Shown piece by piece: positions 38,223 to 46,632 of a DNA stretch of 64,000 nucleotides. The stretch lies in assembly GCA_001774495.1 (NCBI GenBank), contig MFAE01000002.1, positions 42,372 to 106,371 on the forward strand. The letters run 5' to 3'. Below the pieces are notes generated by a model, which did no database searches, had not been told where the DNA came from, and saw only the letters and a list, made by a program, of their open reading frames with translations. This DNA comes from Candidatus Campbellbacteria bacterium RIFOXYC2_FULL_35_25. Its GTDB lineage: Bacteria; Patescibacteriota; Minisyncoccia; Phycocordibacterales; UBA12079. The first letter of the stretch is position 1. Every line of letters starts with the position of its first letter. The position numbers and the translations under genes were made by a program.

Positions 38223-38663
38223 ATGGAAAATAAAGAACCAATTTTATTTTATGAAAAAAAATTTTATTGCTTTTCAAATTTTTCATCCTTTGCTGTTGAA
38301 TGGAAAGGTTCCTTATGGATGACATTAGAACACGCTTATCAATCCGCAAAATTTACAGACGAAAATATTATCAATGAGATTAAAAATGCTCGTTCATCTT
38401 ATGATTCAAAAAAAATAGCCCAGAAATATCCGGATAAAGTAAAAAATGATTGGGAAGATCTTAAACTATCTATTATGGAAGAAATCATTCGAGCTAAATT
38501 AGAACAACATCCATATATTCAAGAGAAATTATTACAAACAGAAGAACGCGAAATCATTGAGGATTCTCACAAAGATGCTTTTTGGGGTTGGGGGCCAAAC
38601 AAAGATGGAGAAAATCACCTTGGTAAACTTTGGATGAAATTAAGATCTGAAATTAATAAATAA
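38223..38663 (+). CDS. NADAR (YbiA-like, DUF1768) family protein
   Basis: FYCFSNFS...LEHAYQSAKF...DAFWGWG...NHLGKLWMKLR matches the NADAR N-glycosidase family signature. Confidence 0.7.
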   Translation: MENKEPILFYEKKFYCFSNFSSFAVEWKGSLWMTLEHAYQSAKFTDENIINEIKNARSSYDSKKIAQKYPDKVKNDWEDLKLSIMEEIIRAKLEQHPYIQEKLLQTEEREIIEDSHKDAFWGWGPNKDGENHLGKLWMKLRSEINK

Positions 38664-38745
38664 AAGAAAGAAAAGAAATAAAAAAAACAACATTCTATCA
38701 TTCTATAGAATGATAGAATGAAAAAATAGGAAATAAAAAAGGCTA
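38664..38745. repeat. island repeat copy 1: AAAAGAAAGAAAAGAAATAAAAAAAACAACATTCTATCATTCTATAGAATGATAGAATG + A-rich tail
   Basis: Contains the 30-bp perfect palindrome CATTCTATCATTCTA|TAGAATGATAGAATG. Its 5' part is identical to copy 3 (40139-40200). Confidence 0.75.
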
Positions 38746-38929
38746 ACGTGTAGGCATCACGTCGCCTTTATTCGCTTCGGGTATCTAAAGCCCTAGATAT
38801 TTTCCCCTTAGTCGCCACCGCTTTTAAGGTGGTAGTTTCGTTACCTAGCAATAGAATTGCTCGATAACATTACTATCATATTATCATATTAAAAACATTT
38901 GTCAATGGAACCCCCCAACCCCAAACATT

Positions 38930-39035
38930 AAAAAATAACATTCTATCATTCTATAGAATGATAGAATGAAAAAATAGAAATTAAAAAATAGAAATAAAAA
39001 AAGCCCCGCGTTTCCACGGGGCTTTGGAAGAAACG
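38930..39035. repeat. island repeat copy 2 (palindrome + AAAAAATAGAAAT modules + GC hairpin terminator)
   Basis: Same palindrome followed by AAAAAGCCCCGCGTTTCCACGGGGCTTT. Confidence 0.75.
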
Positions 39036-39046
39036 GTTTCAAAAAC

Positions 39047-39788
39047 CTATTCTTCAGCCAATAACAATCCATATTCTTCCAAATCAACAACTATTCCGTT
39101 GGCTGTACCTAGTCCAAAACCATGAATTCGCCGGAGTTCTTTCCTGGTTTTTTTGAGCAGATCACCGATTGTAGTGATACCAGATCCTTTTAGGCATCTT
39201 GTTCCACGAATCGATAAAAAAAGCTCGTCAATACTTAGCTCCCTAATCGGATCTAACCCTATATCAGGATTAAAATTCTCCAAGAGAGATTTTCTCCAAC
39301 GTCTTTGCCAATCGGCTCTTCCCAAGTCTTTATAGGCTTCAGAGATTTCCCGGCGTTTTTCTGCAACAATTTTCTCGAGCTCTTTTTCAAGCTCGGAAAT
39401 AATTCGCTGTTTTTCCTCCACAGTTTTTTTGAAGTGAATCCGAAGAAGCTTTTTTACTGAAATGTTGAAAATTTTTGATTTCCCCAACATATCAAGTAAT
39501 GTATCTTTAACTTCGTCTTCTTTCTTCAAAATAACATGTTCAGGAACATCATATAGATGGGCAATATCTTTCCTCGTTTTTCTTTTTTTTCCACCCAGAC
39601 CAAACTTCCACCCAATAATCAGTGAACCCATTTCCCCAAGGGAATCAACAAGGTCATTGATTATGGTGATGTCACTTTCTATGAATGGCAGCATTCCCTT
39701 GGTCGCTTTTTCAGACGAATTTACTCCGAACAAAAAAAGGATCAATTTCCTATAACTCTTCATCGCTGAATCTTTCATGGCAAACTCC
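39047..39788 (-). CDS. protein with C-terminal RNA polymerase alpha-subunit CTD-like (HhH) domain and novel N-terminal domain
   Basis: C-terminus LSIDELFLSIRGTRCLKGSGITTIGDLLKKTRKELRRIHGFGLGTANGIVVDLEEYGL aligns with the alpha-CTD consensus (L..S.R..N.L..agI.tigdL...t..EL..i.nfG.kS..Ei...L...gl). ATG with GAGGAG SD. TTGACA-17-TATTCT promoter upstream on the minus strand. Confidence 0.55.
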
Positions 39789-39896
39789 TCGTGTTGAATA
39801 GTCTTTAAATTGTCAAAAACAAAATCAAATCTCGTACAAGAATACAAGATTTACTTTCATTTGTCAATCTCCAACCCCCAACCCAAATCTTAAAAA

Positions 39897-39945
39897 ATTT
39901 TGTTACGTAGATTGTTACGTAGCACGCTACGTAACAGATGCTATA
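39897..39945. repeat. family P palindrome copy 2 (TTGTTACGTAG + GTTACGTAGCACGCTACGTAAC), in the divergent promoter region
   Basis: One central mismatch relative to copies at 15433-15500 and 59770-59815. Extra half-site direct repeat. Confidence 0.7.
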
Positions 39946-39979
39946 ATAAAAATATTAAAAAAATAACTATTCAAATTAT

Positions 39980-40138
39980 ATGGAAAAATATACTAGAAAA
40001 GTTACGAGGGTGGGGAAGAGGAGTTTATCCGTCGTAATTCCTGCTGAAATCGTCGATGAATTAAAAATTCGTGAAAAACAAAAACTCAACATCCACCGCT
40101 CAGGAAAAAAAATCATAATCGAAGATTGGAAAAAATAA
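39980..40138 (+). CDS. AbrB/MazE/SpoVT-type swapped-hairpin small DNA-binding protein (52 aa)
   Basis: Hand translation MEKYTRKVTRVGKRSLSVVIPAEIVDELKIREKQKLNIHRSGKKIIIEDWKK, with the VTRVGK..L.VVIP.EI..EL.I pattern typical of the AbrB/MazE fold. Below the ORF-track length cut-off. Confidence 0.5.
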   Translation: MEKYTRKVTRVGKRSLSVVIPAEIVDELKIREKQKLNIHRSGKKIIIEDWKK

Positions 40139-40255
40139 AAAGAAAGAAAAGAAATAAAAAAAACAACATTCTATCATTCTATAGAATGATAGAATGAAAA
40201 AGTAGAAATTAAAAAATAGGAATAAAAAAAGCCCCGCATCTTCGCGGGGCTTTTT
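40139..40255. repeat. island repeat copy 3 (palindrome + terminator AAAAAAGCCCCGCATCTTCGCGGGGCTTTTT)
   Basis: 5' 60 nt identical to copy 1. Both directly follow a + strand stop codon. Confidence 0.75.
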
Positions 40256-40277
40256 GGGCTACTTGAAAAGGTACAAG

Positions 40278-40532
40278 TTACTTGAGTTTGTCGGCGTGGA
40301 TTTCTTCCAAGCGGCAAACAATATCCTCGGCTGTTTGGGGGTAATCGTAGATAGCTATGGCCCCCTTGTTTTGAAAAGCAATTACAGTCATCCACTCTAT
40401 TAGATTATCTTTTACCCACGCCACAACATTTTCTCGATGGTTCTTTAATCCATCAATCAGAGCTGTTATGACCTCTTCTTCGGTGGGAGTAATATAATCA
40501 TCAATAACCTGTTGGACTATTTCTTTCCGCAT
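40278..40532 (-). CDS. hypothetical small protein (84 aa)
   Basis: ATG with GGGGTGA SD. Flanked by repeat copies 3 and 4. Confidence 0.45.
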   Translation of the reverse strand: MRKEIVQQVIDDYITPTEEEVITALIDGLKNHRENVVAWVKDNLIEWMTVIAFQNKGAIAIYDYPQTAEDIVCRLEEIHADKLK

Positions 40533-40639
40533 TTTTTCACCCCATAGTTTGTATAAGAAAGTTCACAAAAACCTCTTTTTTCTGCTTAAAACATACATCA
40601 CGAAGCTTGATTTGTAAAGGATTTTAATTCTCCCAACTC

Positions 40640-40740
40640 CAACCATTAAAGAACAACATTCTAACATTCTATAGAATGATAGAATGAAAAAATAGAAATA
40701 AGAAAACCGCCCAATAGAAACGGGCGGTTTCTTTTTGGGC
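40640..40740. repeat. island repeat copy 4 (palindrome variant CATTCTAACATTCTATAGAATGATAGAATG + terminator AAACCGCCC...GGGCGGTTTCTTTTT)
   Basis: Fourth copy of the palindrome module. Confidence 0.7.
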
Positions 40741-40767
40741 GGGTGTTGTTTTGGAAGTGAAATCAGA

Positions 40768-41049
40768 TCAAATTAAAGTGATATCCTCTACCATGCAAGA
40801 TTCTTTCGGTACTCCGGCCCAGAAGTTATCGATTTCCATCTTGGAAACCTGAAAGTAATTTCTGATGACAACTTTAAGGTCGCCATCATGAATTTTATTC
40901 AACCAATCTCCGATGGCCCTTCTCATCCTCTTGTATCGAAAATATTTTGTTCCCGGATCAGTGAGATAAATACTCGCTTCATGGGTTTTGCCAGAAACCT
41001 GATAGGAATAATGGATAAACCAATGGGAACCGAATTTTTCTAGTGCCAT
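40768..41049 (-). CDS. hypothetical small protein (93 aa)
   Basis: ATG with AGGAGG SD. Confidence 0.45.
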   Translation of the reverse strand: MALEKFGSHWFIHYSYQVSGKTHEASIYLTDPGTKYFRYKRMRRAIGDWLNKIHDGDLKVVIRNYFQVSKMEIDNFWAGVPKESCMVEDITLI

Positions 41050-41225
41050 CTTTTGCTTCCTCCTTTTTTCTATGTGGTTATGTCCTAAAGGACAGTCTGT
41101 CTCCTATTTCTAAACCATTAAAGCAAAAAATAGTACTCGGGTCAACGATTTAAGAATCTCCTGTCTTTTTTTATTCAAAATTGGTATCATTTAATTATTA
41201 TATTACTAAATTAATTGAAACTATT

Positions 41226-42392
41226 ATGCAAATTAAAAAAGCTATTTATTTAATACTTGCCTTAACTTTTGCATTTTTTGCAACTGCAGGAAGCACTCAA
41301 GCAGCAGATTTTCGTGCGGCAGCTAAAAACGGGGGCAATGTAACTGTTAGCCAGGAAGAACAAATCACAAATCTTTATACGGCAGGGAATGTTATCTCAG
41401 TCGATGCAAATATAGAAAAAGGTTTGCATGCTGTGGGAAATATTTTAAACATTAATGGAAATGTTGGGCAGTCTATTTATTCAGGCGCTGGGACTTTATT
41501 GATAAAAGGAGACGTTGGAGGGAGCGTCCACGGAGGTGGGGGAAATATTGTTATTGAAGGAAAGATTACAGATGATTTGATTCTGGGTGGAGGGAATATT
41601 TCTATCTCGAGTAAAGCTTCTGTCGGCGGAGATTTAGTTGCCGGAGGGGGAGTGGTAGATATCCAAGGACCAGTTACTGGCAATATTTATTTGAGTGGCG
41701 GAGTTTTAACTATCAATAGTGAAATTGGTGGCAATGTGAAAATTGATAAAGTTGATGAGATCAGACTCGGAAGTAATGCCGTGATAAAAGGAAACCTCGA
41801 ATATTATTCAACCAAAGAAATTGTGATGGATGAAGGAGCCGTTGTTTTGGGAGAAACGATTATAAATGAAAAAGGAGCAGGGAAGCATGATCTAGACAAG
41901 GGAGCATTGGCAGGATTTATCTTTGCAATCATTTCTGTAGCACTTTTAATCAAGTTGATAGGAATGATTATTGTAGCTTTGTTTTTCGCCTACCTATTTA
42001 AAAAATTTACTACTGCAGTGGTTAAAGAAAGCATTACTAGTTTTTGGAAAAGTTTAGGGACAGGATTTGCTGTTTTGATATTAGTGCCAATCATTATGGT
42101 TATCTTGATGATTACTGTAGTTGGTATTTGGCTTGGGTTGATTGTTTTGACAATTTATTTGTCATCAATAATAATTGCGAGCGCTTTGGCGGGTGTAACT
42201 TTTGGAAGTTGGTTAATTTTGGCAATTACTAAAAAAGACAATTATTCTGTAAATTGGAAGACGATACTCTGGGGTTCCGTTGTTTTAACTATTATCGGTA
42301 TTCTTCCCGTGATTGGTTGGCTCATCGTACTTATCCTTATACTGATAAATTTGGGCTCAATTTACCAAGTTTTCTTTAGAATGCATAAATAA
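41226..42392 (+). CDS. exported Gly-rich beta-repeat protein with C-terminal multi-TM anchor (bactofilin/adhesin-like repeats), hypothetical
   Basis: Signal peptide. Repeated G-x-V-x-G/GGG-N-I/V-x-I-x-G motifs over ~200 aa. Four C-terminal TM helices. ATG at 41226 preferred over the upstream TTG. Confidence 0.5.
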   Translation: MQIKKAIYLILALTFAFFATAGSTQAADFRAAAKNGGNVTVSQEEQITNLYTAGNVISVDANIEKGLHAVGNILNINGNVGQSIYSGAGTLLIKGDVGGSVHGGGGNIVIEGKITDDLILGGGNISISSKASVGGDLVAGGGVVDIQGPVTGNIYLSGGVLTINSEIGGNVKIDKVDEIRLGSNAVIKGNLEYYSTKEIVMDEGAVVLGETIINEKGAGKHDLDKGALAGFIFAIISVALLIKLIGMIIVALFFAYLFKKFTTAVVKESITSFWKSLGTGFAVLILVPIIMVILMITVVGIWLGLIVLTIYLSSIIIASALAGVTFGSWLILAITKKDNYSVNWKTILWGSVVLTIIGILPVIGWLIVLILILINLGSIYQVFFRMHK

Positions 42393-42427
42393 AGAGAAGC
42401 TCATAGCTTGTAGCTGATAGCTGATAG

Positions 42428-42502
42428 AAAAAGACGACGAATGGCTCCGCCATTCGTCGTCTTTCGTCTTTGCGAGGGCTTTGTCCCGAAGCAATCTAGA
42501 AA
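42428..42502. repeat. family B repeat copy (AAAAGACGACGAATGGCTCCGCCATTCGTCGTCTTTCGTCTTTGCGAGGGCTTTGTCCCGAAGCAATCTAGAA)
   Basis: Near-identical to 33418-33512. Partial copies at 15417-15445, 16975-17015 and 45413-45455. Confidence 0.7.
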
Positions 42503-42568
42503 ATAAAAAAAAGACCACCTCAACCCCTAGGGACATTTTGGTAGTCTTTTTCGGTGAAGCTGTTCTTG

Positions 42569-42844
42569 TTATTGCGAACGGTAGGCAATTTTAAGTTGTG
42601 ATGGATTGCGACAAAGTCTGACTTTTCCAGAGTCTTTGTCGGCAGCCACCCAGAGCTGGCCATGAATATCTTCACCCATAATTTTTCCGAAAGTGCATCT
42701 CATGTATCGCACAGAGGCACCATGATTAAATCCATACTTCTCACAGGAGTGAGGGTCTAGCTTTAATTTTATCCCTGTGACAGAAGTCGCTTCAAGACTG
42801 AATCTTTCTTTTAAAGCTGGAGTCGTTCCTTGTTCTTGTTGCAT
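42569..42844 (-). CDS. hypothetical small Cys-containing protein (91 aa)
   Basis: ATG with AAGGAG SD. GC-rich. Confidence 0.45.
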   Translation of the reverse strand: MQQEQGTTPALKERFSLEATSVTGIKLKLDPHSCEKYGFNHGASVRYMRCTFGKIMGEDIHGQLWVAADKDSGKVRLCRNPSQLKIAYRSQ

Positions 42845-43361
42845 GCATTCTCCTTATGAATTGAAAGCAAAATTTGCGAAAAAATCATTGAAAGGACTAT
42901 AATTACTGGCAACACTATACTCAAAACATCTGTTTTTGTCAATCATGTAAACGTAATTAAACCCATAGGCCTTACAAACACTCGACTTCTTCTAATCATT
43001 TAACAATGTTATTTGTTAGGATTATTTTGGTATAAACTAAGAAGCGAGAGTTCTTCAAAGGAACGAAAAAAATTGCTTGCCTTTTTTTTATATATCTATA
43101 TAATAGTCTCTATTCTGATAAAGATAGTTTCTTTGAAAACTTAATAGTTTTTGAATTGCTTTAGGCAATTCAAAGCAACATGCATCTGATTTGTTTAAAA
43201 ACAAATCAAAAAAACGACAAGTCCAAAAGTTTTGAGTGGCGAATTTTATTTCGTAATTCAAAACCGAAAAAAACAAAAGAAGATATTATTTTTCTCTTGT
43301 TTCGTTTCATTTCAATTTTTCTAATACAGATTTATTCTGTTTACTAGGAAACTTTATTTTA

Positions 43362-44930
43362 GAGTTTGATCCTAGCTCAGGATGAACGCTGGCTGTGTGG
43401 ATAAGGCATGCAAGTCGAGTGGGTTTAGACCCACGGCGAACGAGGTAGTAACACGTAGGAATCTCCCCCAAAGTCAAGCATAACCCATCGAAAGGTGGGA
43501 TAATTCTTGATAGTCCCGCAAGGGTAAAGATTTATCGCTTTGGGAAGAGCCTGCGAAGTATCAGCTTGTTGGTAGGGTAATGGCCTACCAAGGCAATGAC
43601 GCTTAGGGGAGGTGAGAGCCTGGCCCCCACCGATGGCACTGAGACACGGGCCATACTCCTACGGGAGGCCGCAGTCGAGAATCTTCCGCAATGGACGAAA
43701 GTCTGACGGAGCGACACAGCGTGATCGATGAAGCTCTTCGGAGTGTAAAGGTCTTTTATGAGTGAAGAAGTTTATTGACATTAGCTCATGAATAAGGGGT
43801 TGCTAAACTCGTGCCAGCAGCAGCGGTAATACGAGTGCCCCGAGCGTTATCCGGAATTATTGGGCGTAAAGCGTGTGTAGGCGGTTTTGTTAGTCTTTTG
43901 TTAAAGCCCTGGGCTCAACCCAGGATCTGCAAAAGAAACGGCAAAACTAGAGAGTGTGAGGGGTGAATGGAACTCATAGTGTAGGGGTGAAATCCGTTGA
44001 TATTATGGGGAACACCAAAAGCGAAGGCAGTTCACTGGCACATTTCTGACGCTGAGACACGAAAGCGTGGGTAGCGAATGGGATTAGATACCCCAGTAGT
44101 CCACGCCGTAAACGATGTTCTCTAGCTTTTTGGAGTATCGACCCTCTGAGAGGCGCAGCTAACGCGTTAAGAGAACCGCCTGGGTAGTACGAGCGCAAGC
44201 TTAAAACTCAAAGGAATAGACGGGGACTTGCACAAGCGGTGGATCACGTGGTTTAATTCGATGATACGCGAAGAACCTTACCAAGACTAGACATCTAGCT
44301 TATGTTTTTCTAGAAATAGAAAATCCTAACGGCTAGACAGGTGATGCATGGCCGTCGTCAGTTCGTGGCTTGAGCTGTTCCCTTAAGTGGGGAAACGAAC
44401 GCAACCCTTATCGTCTGTTACAAGTGTCAGGCGAGACTGCCCAGCCTAGTGCACATGAATGTGCAGTTTGTAGTTGGTAGTTAGTAGTTGATAGTAAAAA
44501 ATTTGCAAAGCAAATTTTTTCTCTAAAAACTAAAAACTATAGACTAAAAACTGTATTCACTTCGTGAATACTAGGCTGGGAGGAAGGCGAGGATGACGCC
44601 AGGTCAGCATGTCCCTTGATGTCTTGGGCTACACACATGATACAATGGCTGTGACAATAGGTCGCGACGGGGTAACCCTGAGCTAATCCTTCAAACACAG
44701 CCCCAGTTCGGATTGAGGTCTGCAACTCGACCTCATGAAGTTGGAATCGCTAGTAATCGCTGGTCAGCACACAGCGGTGAATATGTTCTCAAGTCTTGTA
44801 CTCACCGCCCGTCAACTCAAGGAAGTCGGGAGTGCCCGATGGCCGTCTTTATGACGGACTAAGGTAAGTTCGATAACAGGGAGTAAGTCGTAACAAGGCA
44901 CGGGTAGCGGAAGCTGTTCGTGGATTATTT
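43362..44930 (+). rRNA. rrs: 16S rRNA (3' boundary uncertain; see findings)
   Basis: Starts AGAGTTTGATCCTAGCTCAGGATGAACGCTGGC. Conserved blocks follow (GTGCCAGCAGCAGCGGTAATAC, GGATTAGATACCC, GCATGGCCGTCGTCAG, CCGCCCGTCA, AAGTCGTAACAAGG). Confidence 0.85.
44441..44580 (+). other. ~140-nt expansion/intervening sequence in 16S helix 40-41 region
   Basis: CCCAGCCTAGTG ... CACTAGGCTGGG stem replaces the short CCAGUGAUAAACUGG hairpin between GACTGCC and GAGGAAGG. Confidence 0.6.
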
Positions 44931-45465
44931 CAAATTGAAACTGTTTATTTCCTACGGGAAATAGACTTAAATGGTTGGAACTGAATTTTCTAGCTTGCTA
45001 GAAAATTCAGGAGACAATGATATTGCATCTCAAATCTATATCCGTTATCCCAGATATGCGTTACTGGGAAATGAAGCGAAACAAAAGAAAGGTTGTACCT
45101 TCTTAGTTTTTAGTTGATAGTTTTTAGTTTTTAGAAAATTCTAAATTTTATCTTTGTCGTTTGATGCATGTAAATATAAGAAATTAAAAAACTCTATGAA
45201 GTTTATTAGCTTGCTAATAAACTTCATAGAGTTTTTTAAATAATCCTAAAATTAGCGTACTTTGGCGTCGCGATTCATAAAATATCAGTCGTCGTATAGA
45301 AAATACGCCTCCTTCTCTTTTATTCTCGCTCCACCAAATTACATCTAATTTTAAAATTATTTTTTAATTGCGAAAAACGTAACATTTTGTTATATTTTAG
45401 AGGTTAATTTTGAGGAAAAATCGTCTTTGCGAGGCGAAGCCGAAGCAATCCAGAATAAATAATAT

Positions 45466-45665
45466 GCGAGTGTAGCTCAGGTGGACTTTTTTCTGAAAGA
45501 AAAAAGCAACGGCTAAAGTGTTTAGGCTTTTTATCCGGTTTCTGCCAAAGGCAGAAAATCGCCGAAGTGAGTCCCTAAGGGCGAACAGGCGATAGGAGGA
45601 TAGAGCGGTTCGACAGTCTTCCAGATTGTCTCACCTGATAACGACGAGGGACCTCGTCATTGTAA
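45466..45665 (+). pseudogene. degenerate partial copy of tRNA-Ile (5' acceptor/D-arm and anticodon-arm remnants with ~150 nt of insertions, no T-arm)
   Basis: GCGAGTGTAGCTCAGGTGGA is identical to the tRNA-Ile 5' end. The later GATAGAGCG and CTGATAACGACGAGG resemble D-stem and anticodon-arm segments. Confidence 0.45.
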
Positions 45666-45695
45666 TTATTTGAAAGTTTAATATAGTAAACACAG

Positions 45696-45769
45696 GCGAG
45701 TGTAGCTCAGGTGGTTAGAGCGCGTCACTGATAATGACGAGGTCGTAGGTTCGAGTCCTACCATTCGCA
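45696..45769 (+). tRNA. tRNA-Ile (anticodon GAT)
   Basis: GCGAGTGTAGCTCAGGTGGTTAGAGCGCGTCACTGATAATGACGAGGTCGTAGGTTCGAGTCCTACCATTCGCA. Cloverleaf with 7-bp acceptor stem (one G:U), GTTCGAGTC T-loop and anticodon loop CTGATAA. Confidence 0.85.
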
Positions 45770-46200
45770 CAATTTTAAAACACCAAATCTTTGATTTGGT
45801 GTTTTAAAATTGTGCGAATGGAGTAAAGTGCCTGCGCACTTTACGTTAGGACGAGAAAGGCGGAGACATGTTTCTGTAGCGAAGTGAAAGAAACAGTCGA
45901 GCCGTGACGACAAGTTCTTAATAAAAATGAGTCCGTAGGATGAAATTTTTATTAAGAAACTTGAAGTCGAGTCCTACCATTCGCACAAAAATATAATAAA
46001 ACCAGAGCAATTCTCTGGTTTTATTATATTTTTGTAGCAGAATGGTATGACTCGAACGGCGGAGGCGGTATGCAAGATAAATTTTTTCGTAAAAAAATTT
46101 AGGCTTGTCGCCGAGCCGCGTTCAGCGATACTTATTATTTCTGAGTGCGAAGCACAAAGAAAATAATTAGTAATCGCGGGACGAGTCCTACCATATTGCA
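45770..46200. repeat. array of structured modules each ending in a copy of the tRNA-Ile 3' end (GTCGAGTCCTACCATTCGCAC at ~45968-45990; GACGAGTCCTACCAT at ~46180-46195; inverted copy TTGTGCGAATGG at 45810-45821)
   Basis: Direct and inverted copies of the T-arm/acceptor 3' half. Long hairpin GTTCTTAATAAAAAT...ATTTTTATTAAGAAC. Modules are homologous to those at the tRNA-Gln locus. Confidence 0.55.
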
Positions 46201-46261
46201 TAGTTTATCGTTTTTTATTTTCTGATATAATTTAAAATATAATAATTAACCTTTTATAATT

Positions 46262-46543
46262 ATGAAAATATTATCAAACATACTTTTCTTTCTTAATATT
46301 TTGTTATTTTTTGTTGCAGGACTATTCGCCATGTTATCTGGTATGATAAGCGATGTTCCAGGTGATCATTCTTGGGATGTCCTTTTTTTATTAATGAGTT
46401 TTTTACTGCCCATTTTGATTTTAATATCTTTATTTTATTCTAGAAAATTTTATAAGGAACAATATTACAACAAATCAAATTTAATCTATGTAATTTTGTT
46501 TGTATACTATATTTTTCATTTTTTTGTATTAAGTTTGTTTTGA
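46262..46543 (+). CDS. small hypothetical membrane protein
   Basis: ORF with three hydrophobic helices. AT-rich. Confidence 0.35.
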   Translation: MKILSNILFFLNILLFFVAGLFAMLSGMISDVPGDHSWDVLFLLMSFLLPILILISLFYSRKFYKEQYYNKSNLIYVILFVYYIFHFFVLSLF

Positions 46544-46632
46544 CCAGTAACTCCTCCCACAGGATCAGTCGTTTTAAATTTACATGAAATAAGAGGGTAG
46601 AGAGATATTTAAAAATGCTATAATACTTCCCA

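Noticed and set aside
37379-38663. Looked for a DarT-like ADP-ribosyltransferase partner next to the NADAR gene
   Set aside because: The upstream gene is an OMPDC-family TIM-barrel, not a DarT fold, and nothing else nearby is of DarT size. NADAR here is either solitary or partnered with something unrecognised.
38664-40740. Considered whether the four palindrome-containing repeats are a CRISPR array
   Set aside because: There are only four copies. Spacings of ~200, ~1100 and ~400 bp contain full genes with promoters. Repeats are composite (palindrome + A-rich + terminator), and no cas genes are present.
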